A DNA stretch of 64,000 nt, taken from NCBI RefSeq assembly GCF_006345805.1, contig NC_043015.1, positions 9,052,001 to 9,116,000 on the forward strand. The letters run 5' to 3'. Shown here in pieces: positions 30,454 to 45,356 of this stretch. The notes below the pieces were generated by a model that was given only the letters and a program-made list of their open reading frames with translations, made no database searches and had not been told where the DNA came from. Position 1 is the stretch's first letter, and each line of letters begins with the position of its first letter. This stretch comes from Octopus sinensis (Eukaryota). The position numbers were made by a program, and so were the translations under genes.

Positions 30454-30518
30454 GTTACTTGCGGAGAATATATGTTAATAAAGTTATTCTTTATTAACAT
30501 ATATTCTCCGCAAGTAAC
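30454..30518. repeat. Perfect 30-bp inverted repeat with a 5-nt loop
   Basis: GTTACTTGCGGAGAATATATGTTAATAAAG-TTATT-CTTTATTAACATATATTCTCCGCAAGTAAC. Confidence 0.95.
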
Positions 30519-30984
30519 GCAAAATATTCATTATATAAGTCTTCAATTACTTTGTTCAATTAGTATACGTTCCTAAATTTTTGCGTAATAATTTCAGTTT
30601 CTTCTTGGAATAGCAAAGACAAATATGCAAGACACATCTTAGAGCTCACAAAGCATCAATAGTTACCATTAACTATGAACATTTTGGTGATCCTGAAAAA
30701 GATATGCATTCCGTTGCTTATAATCTTTTGCTCGAGGGATAGATTAAGAGTAGTATTCATACGATATGATGACATGATTTAGACTGTTCTTTTCTTGAAA
30801 CCTAGTGAAAAGAATTTCCTGGGGCACTTTTTATCATATTTCAATCCAGAAATTAAAGAGTAGAATGCGATATTGTGTTCAAATTGAAATTGAAATATTC
30901 CAACAAGAGCATAAACATATCCATTCATACATGGATCGTAGATGTGAATATACTCCTGGGTGTATGATTTCGTGTATGAATGTA

Positions 30985-31320
30985 AAGGGTAAAGGATTAG
31001 ATCCCGTTCGGTCATGAACGACCATGCGATAGCACCTAGAAAATTCCCATTCGTGCCACAAGTCCCGGCAAGTTGTTTTTATGGAAGACCAGCGATCGCC
31101 CATGCACGCCCTTCTCCACATAACATAACCCACACCAACGATGTTATCCAAGAGAAAAACAAATCCGATACAACTTGGCACTATGGATGAGTGAACGGGA
31201 ACAAGCTGGAGATGGAGTGTCAAGCTCAAAAACAAAACACAAATCGCGGTCTGCGAATCGAACTTACTACCTCATGATTGTGAACCCGATACTTTGACTA
31301 TTGAATCATGCGCTTTCACA
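30985..31320 (-). mobile_element. tRNA-derived SINE (decayed)
   Basis: The minus strand begins with a tRNA-like head (...CACAATCATGAGGTAGTAAGTTCGATTCGC) followed by a conserved-type body. Confidence 0.7.
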
Positions 31321-34300
31321 TGTATGTATACATTCATGTATGCGTATATGTCAGTACGAATATATGTACGTTTTTATTTAAATCTACCACTGAATAATTC
31401 ACTACTCTTAAGTCCTTGTACTTGATGGTCAACAGACTACCGTTAGCGTATATGAAGCTTTTTAGATAGATATCATTTAGAGATATTAATTTCAAAATTA
31501 AATCTTCACCTAAATATCTATATATGCATGAAGAATTTGTTGTCAGTTGTGAAATCTTTCTAATCTAACTAATGAGATTGCTACAAAGTAGCTTCACTTC
31601 GAATCGGTATCACTTCATCGTTAGCCCGCTGATTGAATCGAGGACTCAGACAATTTAAAAGTGCATTCTATTAGTTAAGCTCTAATACAAATGTGCAGAT
31701 GTATATGTGTACAGGCAAGATATATGTGAACAGAACTTCTAAAATATGAATAAAATATTTAGAACGATATGCTTTGTATATTGTGACTGAAATACATGAG
31801 AGATGGATAGCCTATTAACACTTTTGACTGAATTTAGCTGAAACTGATTAAATTTATATGAAGTAATTTATATGAATCATATAACTGTTTTTATTTCATG
31901 TTTCGTTTTGATTTTATATTGAAGTGGTTTTTATAATTCATCCATATCTCTCGATTGCATCCAGTATATAAGATGGCTACACAAAATAGCCAACTGCCAA
32001 TAACACCGTTTAACTATCCGTTTATTCCAATATGACGAGGACAATGCACACAAGTTTCTGAAACGCAAATTACGTAAGTCTTCAAAACATTCATGTAGTA
32101 TCCAGTGTTATATGTTTTTCAACAAACAACCAAGGACTTTAACATTGACCTCATAATTATCTATAACCGAAACCTCCTGTATCCATGAAGTGCATTGCAC
32201 GTTTAAAATTAATATATTCAATGCCAAGTAATTCTACTTGACATATTACCTCTAAGTTTGAACCTGATTATTTTAGATCACCGGCATGGAAGGACAAATA
32301 AAGGTTCCAAATATTTGCAAAAGACCAGTGATTTGGGAGAAATGTTCTTATATTATCAACCCCGAAAAATTGAAATGCAAAATCGATCACGTATCATTTG
32401 AATTCAGAATGTAAAAGTCGAAAAAAGTGTCGCTAAGTATTTTGCACGGCGCAGTAACGATTGCGCCAGCTCCCAGGCTTTGGAAGGATTAATAGTGCAT
32501 GATAGTTTCACATAAAGTACCTATAATTGCTCATATTTATTCTATTTTTCGCTAAGAAATTAATTTTTGTATTAATTTTTAATATTGTGATGCATAATTA
32601 TATATGAGTATATATATGCTTCTTTCATACTGAATCATATATGCGTTAAGATATTAAACATTGTGCAATTCATAGGCCCATTTAATTTGCTGAAATTTTA
32701 GCATTTATTTACATGTTTACAACTGGAAGCAGTAAGACGTAATCACGTACCTCTAAAATTAAACTTCTTCCACAAATTATATTTGATTTTTGAACGATCC
32801 TGACGTGTGTTACTGTTTGAACCCAGAATATCCTCGTATGGTCAAATAGAGATGTAATACAAAAGTAAGTAAATGCAAAAGATGAATATTATACAGATGT
32901 TAAATATGAGAGAAATGGCTCGACCTATATGGAAAAGTCCTCGATGACCGAATTTTGAATGTGTGCAACTAAAATGCTTCCGTCATTTCGTACACCACGC
33001 AATCACGTCTTTGACACGCGTAAGTGCATCGGGGATCAACATTGAATTAACTTATCAGATACAATAATTTATTTAGTTGCCGATAGCGTTTACTGACCTA
33101 AAATTCTCCAGATCAAAGTAACTAGTTCAGTTCAGCTGAGGCCTGGCATTTCTTAATTAATTCCAAACAAGTCTCATCGGGTAACATAATATCGTTTGGA
33201 AGAAATTAAATTACTCTCTTTGCTGGCAGTTAGAGAGCAACGTGTCCTTTGATGTTAATCTCTATATTAAATATGCAAAAGTCTCTTTGCTTCGCCCACA
33301 ACAGTAGCACGTAAGCTTCAAAAGAAATGACGTGAATCATGAAGAACGACCAGAAATATCGTCTTCAAGTTTCGGTACAAGGCAGGAATTTGGAGAAAGG
33401 AGAAACGCTGATTACATCGACCCCAGTGGTCAACTGGTACTTATTTTATCAAACCGAGAAGGATGAATGGGAAAGTAAGCATCGGCAGAATTTGAACTCA
33501 GAACATTAGGACGGAGAAAATGATGCTAAGAATTCTACGCGGCAATTGTACTAGAAGGCCAATCTTTGAGGAACTTGAACTCAGAGAGAAAATACAGAAG
33601 AAATGTTGCTAAGCGGTGTGCTTGCGATTATACCATATCGCGCCTTCAGACGACCAGACCTATTGAGAATTAAAGATACCTGTCGGACACTGGGAGTTGA
33701 TCTAATAACAGTGCGTTCGCATACTTATCTCAGAGAAAGGTGCGTAATCAAAGTAGACGGTCAGCTTAATCACGGATGCGTGTAACTACCTTCAAATAGA
33801 CTTAAGAGGAGTCCACTCCATTTCTAACCTGAAATCCTCAATTAGTACACATACTACAACAGCCTGCAGTATCCATCACTAGGGAGAATAAATTAGCTTG
33901 TAAATGCTACCAGATATACGTTCTGCAAATAGACAATCCACCTCCAGATGACAATCTAGATGTATCATCTTAGTGCTGGCACTTTATACACATTGGAATG
34001 GAAATTAAACCCTATCGATGTGGAACAGCCAAACTTATGTTTTTATTGTAGCAACATCATTTGTTTGCTTCTAAGACCAGTCATACGTTACGTGGAATGT
34101 AAGGCAAACTGTTATTACCCTGTCGAACATGTCTTTGCATTTCTTGGTAAAGCTCTATAGAGTACAGGACGATTTCAATGAACCGTATAGTTAAATGAGC
34201 AAACATAATGAATAAGGAAACGTATTGTTGATTGCAACATATGTTTGATTATATAAAATTAATTTTAGTACTACCAATTCACAATGTTTAACGCTTGATA

Positions 34301-34679
34301 TATGAAGTGTCCTATACACACATACCGAGACGACTTTTGTATCTATTCATTTTCTTAAAAATATATAGACATACTTTCCATACATGTAAATGAATATGAG
34401 CCGAATGGCATTGCATACGGGATCCTTGTGAGTGAAATATGATGTTGTTTCAACTACATGTTTCTATTTTGTCCACAACCAGCACAGCATATTCAGTATT
34501 TTTTTTTAATTTATGCGTAGTCTTCCTACTTCTTTTCCTTTTGTATTACGCTTTCGAAACATAATATTTGAATACATACAAAGTATATTTTTAGTAAAAT
34601 TATTATACGTCATTTTTATGCGAAAATATCACCTTCTAATATATTAATGATCGTAGTGCTTATATATATTGTATGTGTA

Positions 34680-34790
<111 letters not shown>

Positions 34791-34811
34791 ATATATGTCT
34801 GTGTGTCTGTT

Positions 34812-34854
<43 letters not shown>

Positions 34855-35282
34855 CCGAGGAGGAAGTGAGAGAAAGTAATACGAATGAGAGACAGTGTCT
34901 TATCCACACGTCATTAAGGCGGTGAAGAGAGAGCAATAGCTCTGATACAAACGCAGTTTTGGAGCGTGTTTATATTGTTATCATAATGTATTTACATATT
35001 TATACACATACATATACATATATATGTATTTATGTATAAATATGTGTGTATGTTTGTGTGTTTGTGTATGGGTAGAAAGGAAATATAACGAAGTTAACAA
35101 TCAAATATATATTCTTTATTCCAGCATAAGACCTTGGGAAATTTTCGTGTTGAAATAAATATGAACAGGATTATCATTGAAAAGAAAAGTTATTTAGAAA
35201 CAGTTGATGCAATCAAGTCCGGCACATCCTACTACATTATATATGTATGCGTACGCTTCCCTATAACATTTCTATATTTGGG

Positions 35283-36699
35283 AGAATTAGGATGCGGGAC
35301 GAGCGTGTCTGCATACGCGGACGACGTCACCGTCATAGTGTCAAGCCACGAGCACATCGAGCGGGTCGGCGAGACACTGAAAGACTACGAAGCGGTGACA
35401 GGAGCAAAAATCAACCGGGAAAAGTCAGTGGGCTTGCGGCTCGGCACCTGGAGAAGCAAGCCCATGCCGTCCACCAGTACCTCCGTCGTGGGACGCTGGA
35501 CAGACGGCCCGGTTGAGTTGCTCGGGGTCTGGTTCGGTCCGGACCTCCAAATGGAGAAGAACTGGAACGAGATAACGAGTAGGGTGGTCACTCTCGCCCA
35601 GCAATGGGCCGAGAGGAAACTGTCCCTAAAAGGTCGGGCGGAGGTGGTGAACGCGTACATCGCGTCCATCATCTACTACCGCCTGACCGTCGTACCTTGT
35701 CCCGACCCTACCATCACCAAACTAGAACGCATCCTCTTCCGCTTCTTGTGGAAAGGATGCATCCCGATGGTCAGGCGATCCATTTGCTGTCAACACCCGT
35801 TAAAAGGAGGGCTGGGCATGCCGTGGTTGATGATGCGCAGACACGCGCTGAGACTGCGACATCTCCGGCTCTATGTAGACGACGGTGAACAGGTGTGGTC
35901 GCCGTTTGTGAGGCACGCATTCCCGCAACTCGTCTCCATGACCGAACTACAGTCGTGGATCAAAAAGAGGCCGAAGAAGGGCGAATGGCACCGCGAGTGT
36001 CGCGTTGCTCTCAAGCAACTCTGCCGTCCCGGGTCGACCTTGAGTGACTTCAACACAACCAAAGCATTCTATAGGGGATTAGTGGAGGGGAGAAACGACG
36101 ACGAGCTCGGGGCAAACCTGGGCGTCGACGAGGAATACCTGACCCGCCTGTTTCAAACGACTTTCGGCCCGGGACCTATGGACAACTTCCAGAGATCCCT
36201 GGCCTGGCGGTGCTACCGAGAAGCGCTACCCGTTCGGGATAAGCTCTATAGGCATGGCTCGAGAAACACGGGGCCGACCTGCCCGAGATACGGGCAGAGC
36301 GACGAAACCGCTCTGCACGCAATCTTGCAGTGTCCAGCAATTTCCCACCTGTGGGCTTATGTCGAACGACTGCTGTCACGTGTGGGACGTGTCGGTTTAT
36401 CAACCGAGTCTATCGTTAATATCGTCACGCCTCCTTCCTTCAAACTGGAAGGAAGAGCTATTTTTATCATACTTGTGGCTATGGCGAAAGAATGTATCTG
36501 GTGGACGCGTCTGAAAGGATTAGAGACAAACACTTTCCTCTCTGGTCAATCTCTCATCAACTTCTTCAAGTATCACTTGAAGAAAAAAGTGAGAGTAGAG
36601 AGGCAAGTTTTGTCTAGTGAATGTTTTAAAAAAAGATGGGTGAATGTAGCAAGGATGGCACGTATGAATGACGAAGCTACCTTGACTATAATTCTATGA
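35283..36699 (+). pseudogene. C-terminal part of LINE ORF2 (RT C-terminal half, thumb, CCHC knuckle with C>Y)
   Basis: Part of ORF 35134..36699. The first ~50 codons are flanking DNA. CPRYGQSDETALHAILQC is a degenerate CX2CX8HX4C. Confidence 0.88.
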
Positions 36700-37099
36700 A
36701 CCGTAAAAATTAATACAGAGAGTTGCTTATTTGCAAAAAAAAATAAAGAAATATAACATGTGACTTCATTGACCGAGGTTACCGTGGTCTTTTCCGTAGG
36801 CTTTTCTTTCCACGGGTAAACCTCACCTGTCTTCCCCTTTACACTTCATATTGACATTTCTGTGATAACGATCCCTATTGATCAATTTTTTTCCTCTCCC
36901 CCTTTTTTTAACCCCCCCTTTTTTGTCCTCTTTCTCTCCTTTTACGATCCCTTTTGATCGACCCCCCCTTTTTTATTTTATTTTATTTTTTATTTTATTA
37001 TTATTATTTTTTTTTTTTTTTTTTAAACCTTCAAAAGAAAAGCTCTACTTTGAAATTTGTTCTATCTGTGTGCAGCCCTGTGTGGCTAATAAAGAAACA
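35283..37099 (+). mobile_element. Young 5'-truncated Tx1/L1-clade LINE with a 10-bp TSD
   Basis: GC-rich open frame with YADD, KINREKS, GVWFG, LSLKGRA and GGLGMP motifs. AATAAA at 37088. TSD TATATTTGGG at 35273-35282 and 37100-37109. Confidence 0.92.
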
Positions 37100-37484
37100 T
37101 ATATTTGGGCATTTTATTTCACCGTGGCTATGCTGGAGCACCGCTTACGACGACCGATTCGACCCCGTGATTAAATGTTTTATTAGCCTAGTACTTATTC
37201 TTCCGGTCTCTTTTGCCGACACACAAAGTTACGAGGACGCAAACACACATACATATGTTGCCAAGCGATGGTGGGGGCACATACACAAACACACTAATAC
37301 ATGCAGATACTGAACCCGAGAACAGGTGCTTCGGAATCAAGTTTCTTACCATAGAGCCACTCCTGCGCTATGTGTACATAGCTTTCCAATTGATATATTT
37401 TATTTTTCCGCTTCTGCAAATTGTCAATCAGATTAATATATTTATCGTTCCATTCACCCATGCTAATGCATATATACCTATCAA

Positions 37485-37485
<1 letters not shown>

Positions 37486-37551
<66 letters not shown>

Positions 37552-37630
37552 ATCTATCTATCTATCTATCTATATATCTATCTATCTATCTATCGATCTA
37601 TCTATCTGTCTGTCTATCAATCTATCTATC

Positions 37631-37661
<31 letters not shown>

Positions 37662-37760
37662 CTATATATATATATATATTATATATCTGTCTATCTATCT
37701 ATCTATCTATATATCTATCTATTTATCTATCTATCTAACTTTCTATCTATCTATCTATCT
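37486..37760. repeat. (TCTA)n microsatellite
   Basis: Visible repeat. Confidence 0.95.
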
Positions 37761-37823
37761 ATATATATATATATGTGTGTATGCACGCGTGTGTGTGCGC
37801 ACGCGTTGTGAATGTGTGCGTGC

Positions 37824-37886
<63 letters not shown>

Positions 37887-38878
37887 CATAAATATGTTTA
37901 CTTGAAGAAATACATATATATTTAAATGCACACACAGACTCATACATATTATACTAATGTGTGTTTTCATATGTGCCTTTGTTATTATGTATACATTTAT
38001 TCCTTTATGCATGCGTGTCTTTGACTTGGATTTATTTCATTCATCATTATATCTCACGTAAACATGCAATGCATTTCAACCTGTATTTGTATTCCGAAAT
38101 ACGTAATTAGAAATGTCTATGTAGGATTCAACACAAATGACAAATTTTTGTACGAATAAATTTCTTGCCTACAGATATTTGCTGTAATTTATTGTTTTCA
38201 CCTTTCCTTAGATTTTGCTTATCCTGTTTCTTTCCGTTTCAAGTATGACTTAAAGAAAATAAGCGCTATATACGACACTGCGAATTATTTTGGAATTTAC
38301 TGAATTGATTCTAAATAGAATCATCCATAAGAAATGCAACAGAAAGACAAAAATACCGCGTATTTTTTCTTGTAGATGCGTGTATTTGTCTAAGAGCCAA
38401 GAGCAAAGGGAATTTTAACTAAGCTAAGCTTCCACACATACATACTTATATACATACGTGCGCCTCTGCGTTCAGATTTTTATATAGATATATATGTAAA
38501 TTTCTAAACACTTTTATGTGTGTGTGTCTGTGTGTGTCTATGTGTGTATATGTTCGTGTGTACGCGTGTATGTATATCTACTCGCACGAATATACTCCTC
38601 AGCTTCACTTTGCCTATATATATATATATATATATATATTAATATATATATATGTAAACATATATATATACATAGATATATATATATATATACATATATA
38701 TATACATTTATATATATATACAAACATATGTATATATACAGAGAGAGAGTGGGGGGAGAGAGAATGCGATAGATATACATAGATATATATATATATGTAT
38801 ATATATGTATATATGTATATATGTACATATATATATATATATATATATGTTTGTGTATGAATGAGATAGATATACATA

Positions 38879-38980
<102 letters not shown>

Positions 38981-39465
38981 GTGTGGCTGTGTATATGTCT
39001 GTATGTATGTGTCTGTATATATATGTGTGTTTGTGTGATGTACGTATGTATGCGATATATGCATATGAAAAATAATCCGTATATATCCACACGTTTTCAG
39101 TGAAAGTACGAATTATATGTGTCTCATTTCGTGTCTAATCTATACTTAACACATTACAAACTGTTTTCTGTATTAGCTTCTTTTTTTTTTTACACCTTCA
39201 CTTCCAAAGCGTGTATTTTGTTCAGTAATCTCTGCTAGAACTCTAGCGTTTGCAAGTTTTTAAAAGTAACGTGCGATGACTCTAATATCTACTATCTTTG
39301 TTTAGTCGTTCAGTCAGTAGCACTCTGTATTTCATGTAATACTTGTCGATACATCTCTCATGCCGCATGACTATTCCATTTAAAATCAGCTAAGATCTAC
39401 TTCAATGGCAAAATCAAAATACTCATATTGAATTGATGTGTGTATATATAATATTCGTGCATTAT

Positions 39466-39629
39466 AGGCGCAAGATTGTCTATGTCGTTAGAAGCTTGTA
39501 TCGGAACAACGTGTTTCCGGATTCAGTCCCATTGTGTGGTCCCTAGGGCAAATGCCTTCAGCCATAGTCTCGGGCCTACCAAAGAATTGTAGGCGGATTT
39601 GGTAGATAGAAACTGAAAGAAGTCCATCG

Positions 39630-39632
<3 letters not shown>
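39466..39632 (+). mobile_element. tRNA-derived SINE (family as 45357), decayed
   Basis: Similar to 45357-45500: TTCCGG.TTCAGTCCCA, GGGCAA.TG.CTTC, GGATTTGGTAGA..GAAACTGAAAGAAG. Confidence 0.75.
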
Positions 39633-39676
<44 letters not shown>

Positions 39677-39701
39677 AATATATATATGTATGTATGTGTA
39701 T

Positions 39702-39990
39702 GTGGAGGAGCAATGGCCCAGCGGTTAGGGAAGCGGACTCGCGGTTTCGATTCCCAGACCGTGCGTTGTGAGTGTTTATTGAGCGATAACACCTAAAAGC
39801 TCCACTAGGCTCCGGCTGGGTGTGGTGGAGATCCCTGCTGTATCTTTCGCCACAACTTTCTCTAGCTCTTTCTTCTGTTGGCCTGCTTGCTTAGCAAGCG
39901 GGTTGGCGTCATTTGAAGGCTAAAACAATGAGAAGCGCATTGTGACCAGCGACGTGTAGCAACATCTGGTAGCCTGGTCGGTGACGGTGA
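39702..39990 (+). mobile_element. tRNA-derived SINE, second family
   Basis: TGGCCCAGCGGTTAGGG A-box-like and GGTTTCGATTCCC B-box-like motifs, followed by a GC-richer body that ends before (TA)n. Confidence 0.75.
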
Positions 39991-40511
39991 TATATATGCA
40001 TATACATATATATCTATATATAAACACACATAGGTGTGTTGGTGTGTGAGTGCTTGTGTATGTGTGTGTGTGTCTTCGACTAAAATCTCTTTCAGGCTGT
40101 GCTCCAGCAAGCCGCAGTCAAATAACTGAGATTAGTAAATGAATTATGTTCTAAAATTCGCGAGTATACATGTTATATAGGATCTGGACGCACGTTGTGT
40201 TATCAGTTTCAAGAGTTATTGAATTCTCGACGTTCAGTTTCCGTTCTGTTCAAATAATGAACTGCTATGAGCCTCTTAATCAGTGATTTAAAAAAAAACT
40301 CTTCCAGACATATTAGAATGTGTATTTGAGAGATGAGTAACTGCGTTTACATATTCGTTATTTATTTAATTAAAAAATGGCTTTATTTAAAAACCGAAGT
40401 CGTATATTATCTCAAAGATGTATATTGTATATCGTCTATTTGTCTTGAACCAAAGATATGTAAGTATGTATGAATGCATGCATGTATATATGTATCTCTC
40501 ATCTCTGTATA

Positions 40512-40570
<59 letters not shown>

Positions 40571-40790
40571 AGAATTCACAGAGAGAAAAACAAAGAGCGA
40601 AGGCAGGTGGTGTAGACAACAAACAGAGGTCTTAGTATGAACCGCGAGAAATGAAAAAAGTCTTTAACTTTTCCACAGAAAGAAACAAGGAGATATGTAT
40701 ATATATATATATATGTGTATGTATATTTGTATGTATATATATGAATGTATATATGTATTTATTTTTAAAGAAATATATATATATATGTAC

Positions 40791-40841
<51 letters not shown>

Positions 40842-43630
40842 TGTGTGTGTGTCTGTGTATTTACATATATATATATATACGTGTGTGTGTGTGTGTCTAT
40901 ATGTATGTATGTATATACGTATGTATGTACGTATGTATGTTTATTTTGGGGTGGAGGTTTTGCATTACGTTGTCGTGTAATGCAAATCTTCCGAGGTTTC
41001 TCAGAATGCCTTATATATAGTTTTCAGATTTACTTTTAGTTTTTTTATTTAATTTCAATTTCTTAACTTTTAAATTTTCAGAAATTTGATATTACTTCAA
41101 TTTTTATTTGTTAATATGATTAAAGGTTTAAAATAATTTTATCTCTAATTTAAAATAATTTTATCTTTAATTCTTCTTTCAGACAGTTCAACATGCTCAG
41201 ATACCAAATTTACAATCACATACTACATATCTACCACACACACATGCATAAACAAAAATACACATACTCACGCACTTACACAAATACACCTGTACATGCA
41301 AACCTATATACACTCATTTACGCACACACACAAGCAAATACGTATACACACACCGACGTACTCACAGACATGGTACTTGCCTCTCACCACCAAATCTAAC
41401 TAATGGTACTAAACTGTTAGTTCCACTACTTCACACATACATCACTCACGTAAATACAAACACGCAAGTACACACACACTTACACAAACCTACTAACACG
41501 CTAACACCCTCACACACTAACAGATACATTAGCTATTTTCACCTTTCCTGCCTTCAAGAACCACTGTCCATTTCAGCCCCGTAACCACATGCTGCTTTCC
41601 CCCATTATTTATAGTCCATTGTTTACATTCACTTTTCCAGCTGATTTGAGGAATAGTTGAATGCCTTTTGTGCTGCAGCTATATATTTTTTACACTCATG
41701 TTAATGAAACTTTGTTTATTTTTTTTTAGGTAATATTTCCCAGATTTACCTGCCTAAAAACAGATCGAAGATTCGAGGGCCACTTTCAATGAAATTACTT
41801 GTCGGAAAACTTGCATGACTGAAAATTCACGAGGAACATGTTATTGTAAAAGTATAGTTCGAATTGGGATCCCGTAGTCCGAATTGAGACGAAAGCCTTG
41901 CTCAAGATTGTACTGCAGTTGACGGAGTACTACCCTATTGTTGTTGTCTCGCTACCAGGCGGCGAAGGCCATGTAGTCACCGTTGCAGTAAATAATATTT
42001 CACATCTAACAAACTTTACAGTGTTAATATAACATTGGACAACACCCATGATGGCAGACATTTTGATACATCCAATATTCAGATGGCTTGCGGTACAATA
42101 TCTCTGCTAACATTTCCTTAACTACAATTTAAACTTTATGCGCAACAACGCCGTTGAATGTTCACTAACAGAACAAACTGTTCCTGAGAATGGTATATAA
42201 TGCTCTCAAATTTACCCCAAGCACCCTGTATACTGTTTTTCTGTTTCCCTTCCTGTTATCGTTTAAATAACACGGAGGGGAATTACAGATAAGAAATTTC
42301 TTCTTTGAAAATTTTTTGTTGCATGAATTAAAATTTATTGAAGGATTTTTATTAATATTATTTGTACTTTTAAACTCATGTATGCGTTTATCCAACAATC
42401 TGTGTCAATTTATATCCCTCTTTATTTTCTCTTTACATATATATAATTACGATTCATTTGGATCAGGTACTTAAATTGAGGTTCTAACCAGTTCGGTATA
42501 GTCCGCGCAACTAGAATGTTAGGTGAACAAAATGCAAATAAGTAACTGTTTCTTTTTTACCCACGAGGGGCTTCACACAGAGGGTACACACAAGGACAGA
42601 CATTTGGATGTCCACGTATCAATGCATTACGGCCGTTTCGTGCGGCTCTATTTAATCAATCAATGGAAACGTTACATCAATTTCAAAGAAACCACTCTCC
42701 TCAGACACAGATGACCGTATATATTTCCAACATAATGGTTAACCCATTTTTAGCATTTATAGCAAATTTATATCTGTACTAGAAACCAAAATAATTGCAT
42801 TGCTTCCTTATTTTCGGCAGAATCAATTCAGAGAATAATGCATATCTATTTCAGCTTACTATAATTTACACTCTAAATTCTAGAGAGTAGCAGAGGTGAA
42901 TAGAGGGTTTCATGATATAGGAGTTGTGCGATAGTTATTTTTATTTATATTTATAAAATTTTATGTAGCATATTGTCTACAACCATTTAGAATTAAATCT
43001 GTTGGGAGTTGTCAGCTATATTCCAGCTAATAGTGATAAATTTATTAATGTCAGACAACCTCCGAGAACCTTATTTTGCTGGAACCATATATCTAACTTT
43101 ATCTACATCGAAGAATATGTGTCAGAGCTGCTAGTGAGATAATGACTGAGGAGGAAAGGCGATAACAAGATGGAAGGATGGTAAAAGGGAATATAGTGAA
43201 AAACAAAAGAGATAAAAAAATAAGCTTAAAGTCTGGGAATAAGAAAAGAGGGATACGGAATGTAGTGATTCAAAATTTAAGATATTTATTATATTATATT
43301 TAGAAAAGAATTATAGTACCCCATTATTAAGGTTTAAGTCTAATTTCTATCCATTTTCCTACATATTGATTAGATTTATTTATAATTCATTAGCGGATCT
43401 CTTAATTATCCGTTTATTTAGATGACGAAAATGTCCGTTGACTACATCATTAGAACATTTTAGCACTTACTTCTAGCCATGTAGTTTTTTAAAAAATCTT
43501 AGTCATATTTAGTGACAATTATAAGTCTCCGATTTGGCGAGACTTTGCAAACTGCTGGTTATATTGATAAGAATAACATAAATACATGTAAAAATATATA
43601 TGTGTATGATTGTGTGTGTATATATATGTT

Positions 43631-43718
<88 letters not shown>

Positions 43719-44569
43719 TAATATATATATTAATACACATTCATAGAAACACGCATATGTACATGTGTGTATATATACCTAAGTATTTACCCGCGTATGT
43801 ACGCGTATATACTGATATGCATTATAGAAGGAAAACATCCATTTTTATTTACAACTTGTATCAACGCCGAGTTAAATTATTCAAAGAATGTATATTTTTG
43901 TACAACTATGACTAATAATTTTTCAAAATTAATTACCAGTAGGAAAACAAAATGTATTGATATTTTACCAAACTTAAATTATTTTGCAAACCGTTTTTCG
44001 TCTGTAAAGTATCTTTTTTAGAGAGAAATCTTATCTTCCTATCTTTGATCATAAAAACGCGTAATATGTTTACTCAAAAAATAGTCTTCTTTAATTTATA
44101 TTTATTTTATCGTTTCTGAATCTATCACTAAAATGTAAAATTAAATTACAATTTTTTTCACATATTTACGTTGAAATACATATTTCTATTTTCTTACACG
44201 TTTAGGTATTAAATTTATTTTCTTTCATCGGTGTATTTTACAGTTGTATAGCGTTACATGGTCGTACTGCCTCAATAATTGCATTAAGGTGTTTTAGTGA
44301 TGGAAGATAAGAAGATAAGGTATTTCAAGAAAAATATATTAAATTCAAGTTTATAAATTAGAATGTTTCAATATAAATGTTAAACAAAAGTTGTCTGTTC
44401 AATTTTATTTGTCTATGTGTGTCTACATGAGCATTGGTTCGTAAACGGTCGAGTACATTATTTTTCGTTTCTTTTTTCTATCAAACAAAACATTGCGAAA
44501 AATATAAACCGCTTTTAACCATCAAACTTTCAGCGATTAATTATTAGTGGATGATATATAATGAATCTT

Positions 44570-44850
44570 TAGGATATGCAGTCGCGTGAGGGTTGGGGTT
44601 GCAGCAATGAACCTGGCGGTCACTATTGGATTTAAGGATGATAAATGCCAATATCTTCAACGATGCCAGTACAATTTTATATGGTGAATCAAAGATTGGA
44701 ATCTACCGAGAAGCAGGACGTTTAAAAGAGCGGTAACCGAAGATTGCAGTATTTCCTAGACATAATACAGATGAAATGAATTTCAGGTGTGGGGATATCA
44801 CAGATGTAGCACATTATAAGATAAGGTGGCAACATGAAAAACAAAATAAA
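44570..44850 (+). mobile_element. Decayed RTE LINE C-terminal remnant
   Basis: Translates approximately to LYGESKIGIYREAGRLKER (cf. RTE LYGEL..G.R..GRP..R). Confidence 0.5.
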
Positions 44851-45249
44851 AGAAAACAAAAAGGAATTAAAATTAAGAAATAGTCAATGCAATCTTATAT
44901 ATTTGTGCAAAGAGTTATCATGTTTATTAAATTTCAGCTGATTACCATATGTAAAGCAACAGCAATGAGCACATTTAACACTTTGTTTATTAATTAACAT
45001 AGAAATCATTGGAAAGGCACACGTGTATATACTCAGATAAACTTGATTAAGGGTGCGAACAACACTTATATTGCTAAAAGTAGGAGCTAAAATGTTCAAA
45101 ATTTGTTACAAACACATAAAGTAAGCTCGGATATGAGTAGAGAATTCGCTAGACTGAAAGGCAAGTTTCGGCGAATGCCGTAGCAATCTTCAGTAAGGCC
45201 AGCTCCGGTCGCTTGATTCCGGGCCGCCTCACATATCAGACTATATATA

Positions 45250-45325
<76 letters not shown>

Positions 45326-45356
45326 TATATGTATATATATAATATATATATATATA

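Noticed and set aside
35134-35282. N-terminal part of the 521-aa ORF
   Set aside because: It is AT-rich flanking DNA upstream of the TSD that happens to be in frame with the truncated LINE. It is not a real start.
41740-41930. Cys-rich frame (TCRKTCMTENSRGTCYCK...CSRLYC) after a possible splice acceptor
   Set aside because: All frames contain stops and I cannot assign a family. At most it is a decayed transposon CXC-like remnant.
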